NCBI RefSeq assembly: GCF_963921235.1
Contig: NC_086118.1
Span: 26,786,001-26,850,000, forward strand
Source of the DNA: Mobula hypostoma
Lineage: Eukaryota
DNA: 64,000 nucleotides
Reading direction: 5' to 3'
The notes below the pieces were generated by a model. It was given only the letters and a program-made list of their open reading frames with translations. It did no database searches and was not told the DNA's origin. This document shows positions 63,560 to 64,000 of this stretch, piece by piece. A program made the translations under genes and the position numbers. How positions within the stretch are numbered: the stretch's first letter is position 1; every line of letters begins with the position of its first letter.

Positions 63560-64000
63560 CTGAAACCATATTAAAAATAGAGAAATAATTTTTCAGATTG
63601 CATATTTAGATACAGTATAGAAGATAACTGTCAGATTCTTAATGTAATACAATGGATTGGTTAATGGGTGCAGCTGCTTATTTGTGACAACTCTTAAAGA
63701 ACAAAAACTAATTGAGGAAATAATCAGGATTCCCTTTGTTTATTAAGAACACAATGTCACTTAATTGGGACAAGAGACTGTTGCCAAATAGTTTCTAACT
63801 AATTCCAGTTGAAGGTATTAACAATTGTCTTGAATGTTACAGTGAAAATGAAGATTTGGAGGATGCAATTGAAGGCAGTCCATTATCTACAGTAGGCGTC
63901 GATACTAATTTTATTTACAGACAAAAGAACATAGCAGTGTACACTGGACAAATTCCTCGGTCGATATCTATTAGGAACTAACAATTTTATAGTACAGCAG

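Noticed and set aside
1..64000. CRISPR arrays, rRNA or prokaryote-type systems
   Set aside because: None seen; the window is spliced eukaryotic DNA, and its recurring repeats are attributable to mobile elements.

Overview
Vertebrate genomic DNA; the repeat content (HE1/V-SINE, abundant CR1 and Penelope-like elements) suggests a cartilaginous fish, probably a ray (inference). There are two host genes, both on the minus strand. CFAP52/WDR16 contributes coding exons 1-10 (ATG at 39748, gene continues off the left edge) and has a CpG-rich promoter carrying an RFX X-box. NARF contributes its last four coding exons (stop at 57472, gene enters from the right edge). A tRNA-Gln(CTG) gene lies divergently about 0.5 kb upstream of CFAP52. 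The rest is dense, often nested mobile DNA: young and old CR1 LINEs, Penelope-like elements (PLE; RT plus GIY-YIG), Rex1/Babar, RTE, L1, a Hero-like RLE fragment, Gypsy pieces, a solo LTR, and Tigger, Tc1 and hAT-like transposons. The most notable signal is a minimal type I hammerhead ribozyme in the PLE 3' terminus. This terminus recurs about ten or more times, several times as short TSD-flanked fold-back insertions, one of which has captured neighbouring DNA. A second, unrelated fold-back family also reconstructs to a hammerhead core. All calls were made by eye, without database searches.
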